A program made the position numbers and the translations under genes. A DNA stretch of 63,616 nt, filler included, from Octopus bimaculoides (taxonomy: Eukaryota), in assembly GCF_001194135.2 (NCBI RefSeq). It is 8 parts of 8 records of this genome, joined end to end, with 100 filler letters (N's around TTAATTAATTAA, not from the genome) between each part and the next. Parts side by side here need not be neighbours in the genome. Positions count along the whole stretch, not along the records: positions 61,472 to 63,616 come from NW_026408462.1; 7 more parts are not named here. One strand, written 5' to 3'. The notes below the pieces were generated by a model. It saw nothing but the letters and a program-made list of their open reading frames with translations. It ran no database searches and was not told where the DNA came from. Positions within the stretch are counted from its first letter, which is position 1. Every line of letters starts with the position of its first letter. Shown here in pieces: positions 62,466 to 63,616 of this stretch.

Positions 62466-62904
62466 TATACATATACACACACACATGTATGCATACGTAT
62501 ACGCATAGGTATATATATATATATATATATATACATACATACCCCAATCTGTCCGGTTGTGTCTGTGTGTCCGCGTTTATTCCTGAATTTTGCGGGTGTG
62601 CATTGCATTCAAAAGCTATGTTGTCATTTACCCGTTCACGTATCTTTATCGTCGGACTGCGGCCATGCTGGGGCACCGACTAGAAGGGTTTTTTGTTTGT
62701 TTTGTTTTTTTAAATCGAACAAACCAACCCCCCTGAACTTTTTTTCTTTTTCTTTTTGTTTCCAAATCCTGGCATATATTTTTTTTTTTTTTTTTCCCGA
62801 ACCGCGAAGTTACGGCGACGTAAACACACCAACACCGGTTGTCACGCGGCGGTGATGGTGGTGGGGCGGAGGAGAAACACAAACACGAAAACACTCATAT
62901 ATTC

Positions 62905-63290
62905 TTTTATTCTTTCACTTGTTTCGGTCATTTGACTGCGGCCATGCTGGGGCACCGTCTTAAAAGGGTTTTTATAGTCGAAGAAATCGACCAGAGGATT
63001 ATATATTCTTTGTAAGCCTTAGTACTCATTCTATCGACCTCTTTTGACGAACTGCTAGGTTACAGGGATGTAAACACACCAACATTAGCTCTTTAGCGAT
63101 GGTGTCGCGGTGGGGAGCAAGCACAGACACACATACTCTCTCTCACACACACACACATATACGACGGGCTTCTTTCAGTTTCCGTTTACCAAATCCACTC
63201 ACAGGGCTTTGGTTGGCCCGAGGCTATTGAAGACACTTGTCCAAGGTGCCACGCAGTGGGACTGAACCCGGAACCATGTGGTTACATAGC
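62905..63290 (-). mobile_element. SINE family A, inverted relative to the previous copy
   Basis: Reverse-complement tail CATTTGACTGCGGCCATGCTGGGGCACCG through head GGGACTGAACCCGGAACCATGTGG. Confidence 0.85.
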
Positions 63291-63397
63291 AAGCTTTCTT
63301 ACCTTTACTCTTCTCACACCACGTTCAATCACCAGGCTACGGCCATGCTGGATCACTTGCTCTGAATGGATTTCAGTCGATTTCATCAATTCACTGT

Positions 63398-63429
<32 letters not shown>

Positions 63430-63616
63430 TCACCACCACCATCACGACAACAATTCTTCTTTCTGTTATTTCATTTGTTGCTTTAGAGAAAAGTAGACAA
63501 ACAGACAGAAATATGGAGGGATAGAGAGGCAGCAGACAGACAGATAGATATACATATATACATACATACATACATATATATATAAACAAATAGTAAATGA
63601 GTATATGCATATATAC

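Noticed and set aside
40313-63616. Further nAChR exons (NQIMTTN, WLPDIVLYN, Cys-loop, TM segments)
   Set aside because: No such motifs seen in the ORF track or in the unique stretches I translated; probably in gaps or outside the window.

Overview
Eukaryotic, AT-rich and microsatellite-saturated genomic DNA. The SINE complement points to a coleoid cephalopod, most likely Octopus (inference from remembered family resemblance, not a search). The assembly is a gappy draft with many N runs, seven identical synthetic 100-bp linkers (44N-TTAATTAATTAA-44N) and one Illumina adapter remnant, so adjacency across the linkers is not guaranteed. Only one protein-coding exon is well supported: the first coding exon of a nicotinic acetylcholine receptor subunit (40061-40312, +), with signal peptide, the [25 protein letters not shown] motif and a GTAAGT donor. 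I found no further exon of it in the remaining 23 kb. The rest is mainly tRNA-derived SINEs of at least four families, decayed mariner/Tc1 transposons, RTE and R4/Dong-type LINE 3' fragments, MITE-like palindromes and simple repeats. Almost all ORFs in the supplied track are microsatellite or gap artefacts. The most interesting leads are: a 5S-rRNA-headed SINE sharing its 3' tail with the tRNA/CORE-type SINE (36.5 kb); a degenerate 21-nt repeat that reads as a Cys-every-7-residues protein (18.3-18.9 kb); long fold-back palindromes and inverted SINE pairs in receptor intron 1 (candidate ADAR substrates); and a candidate minus-strand first exon at 9.3-9.9 kb. No prokaryotic-type system (CRISPR, operon) is supported.
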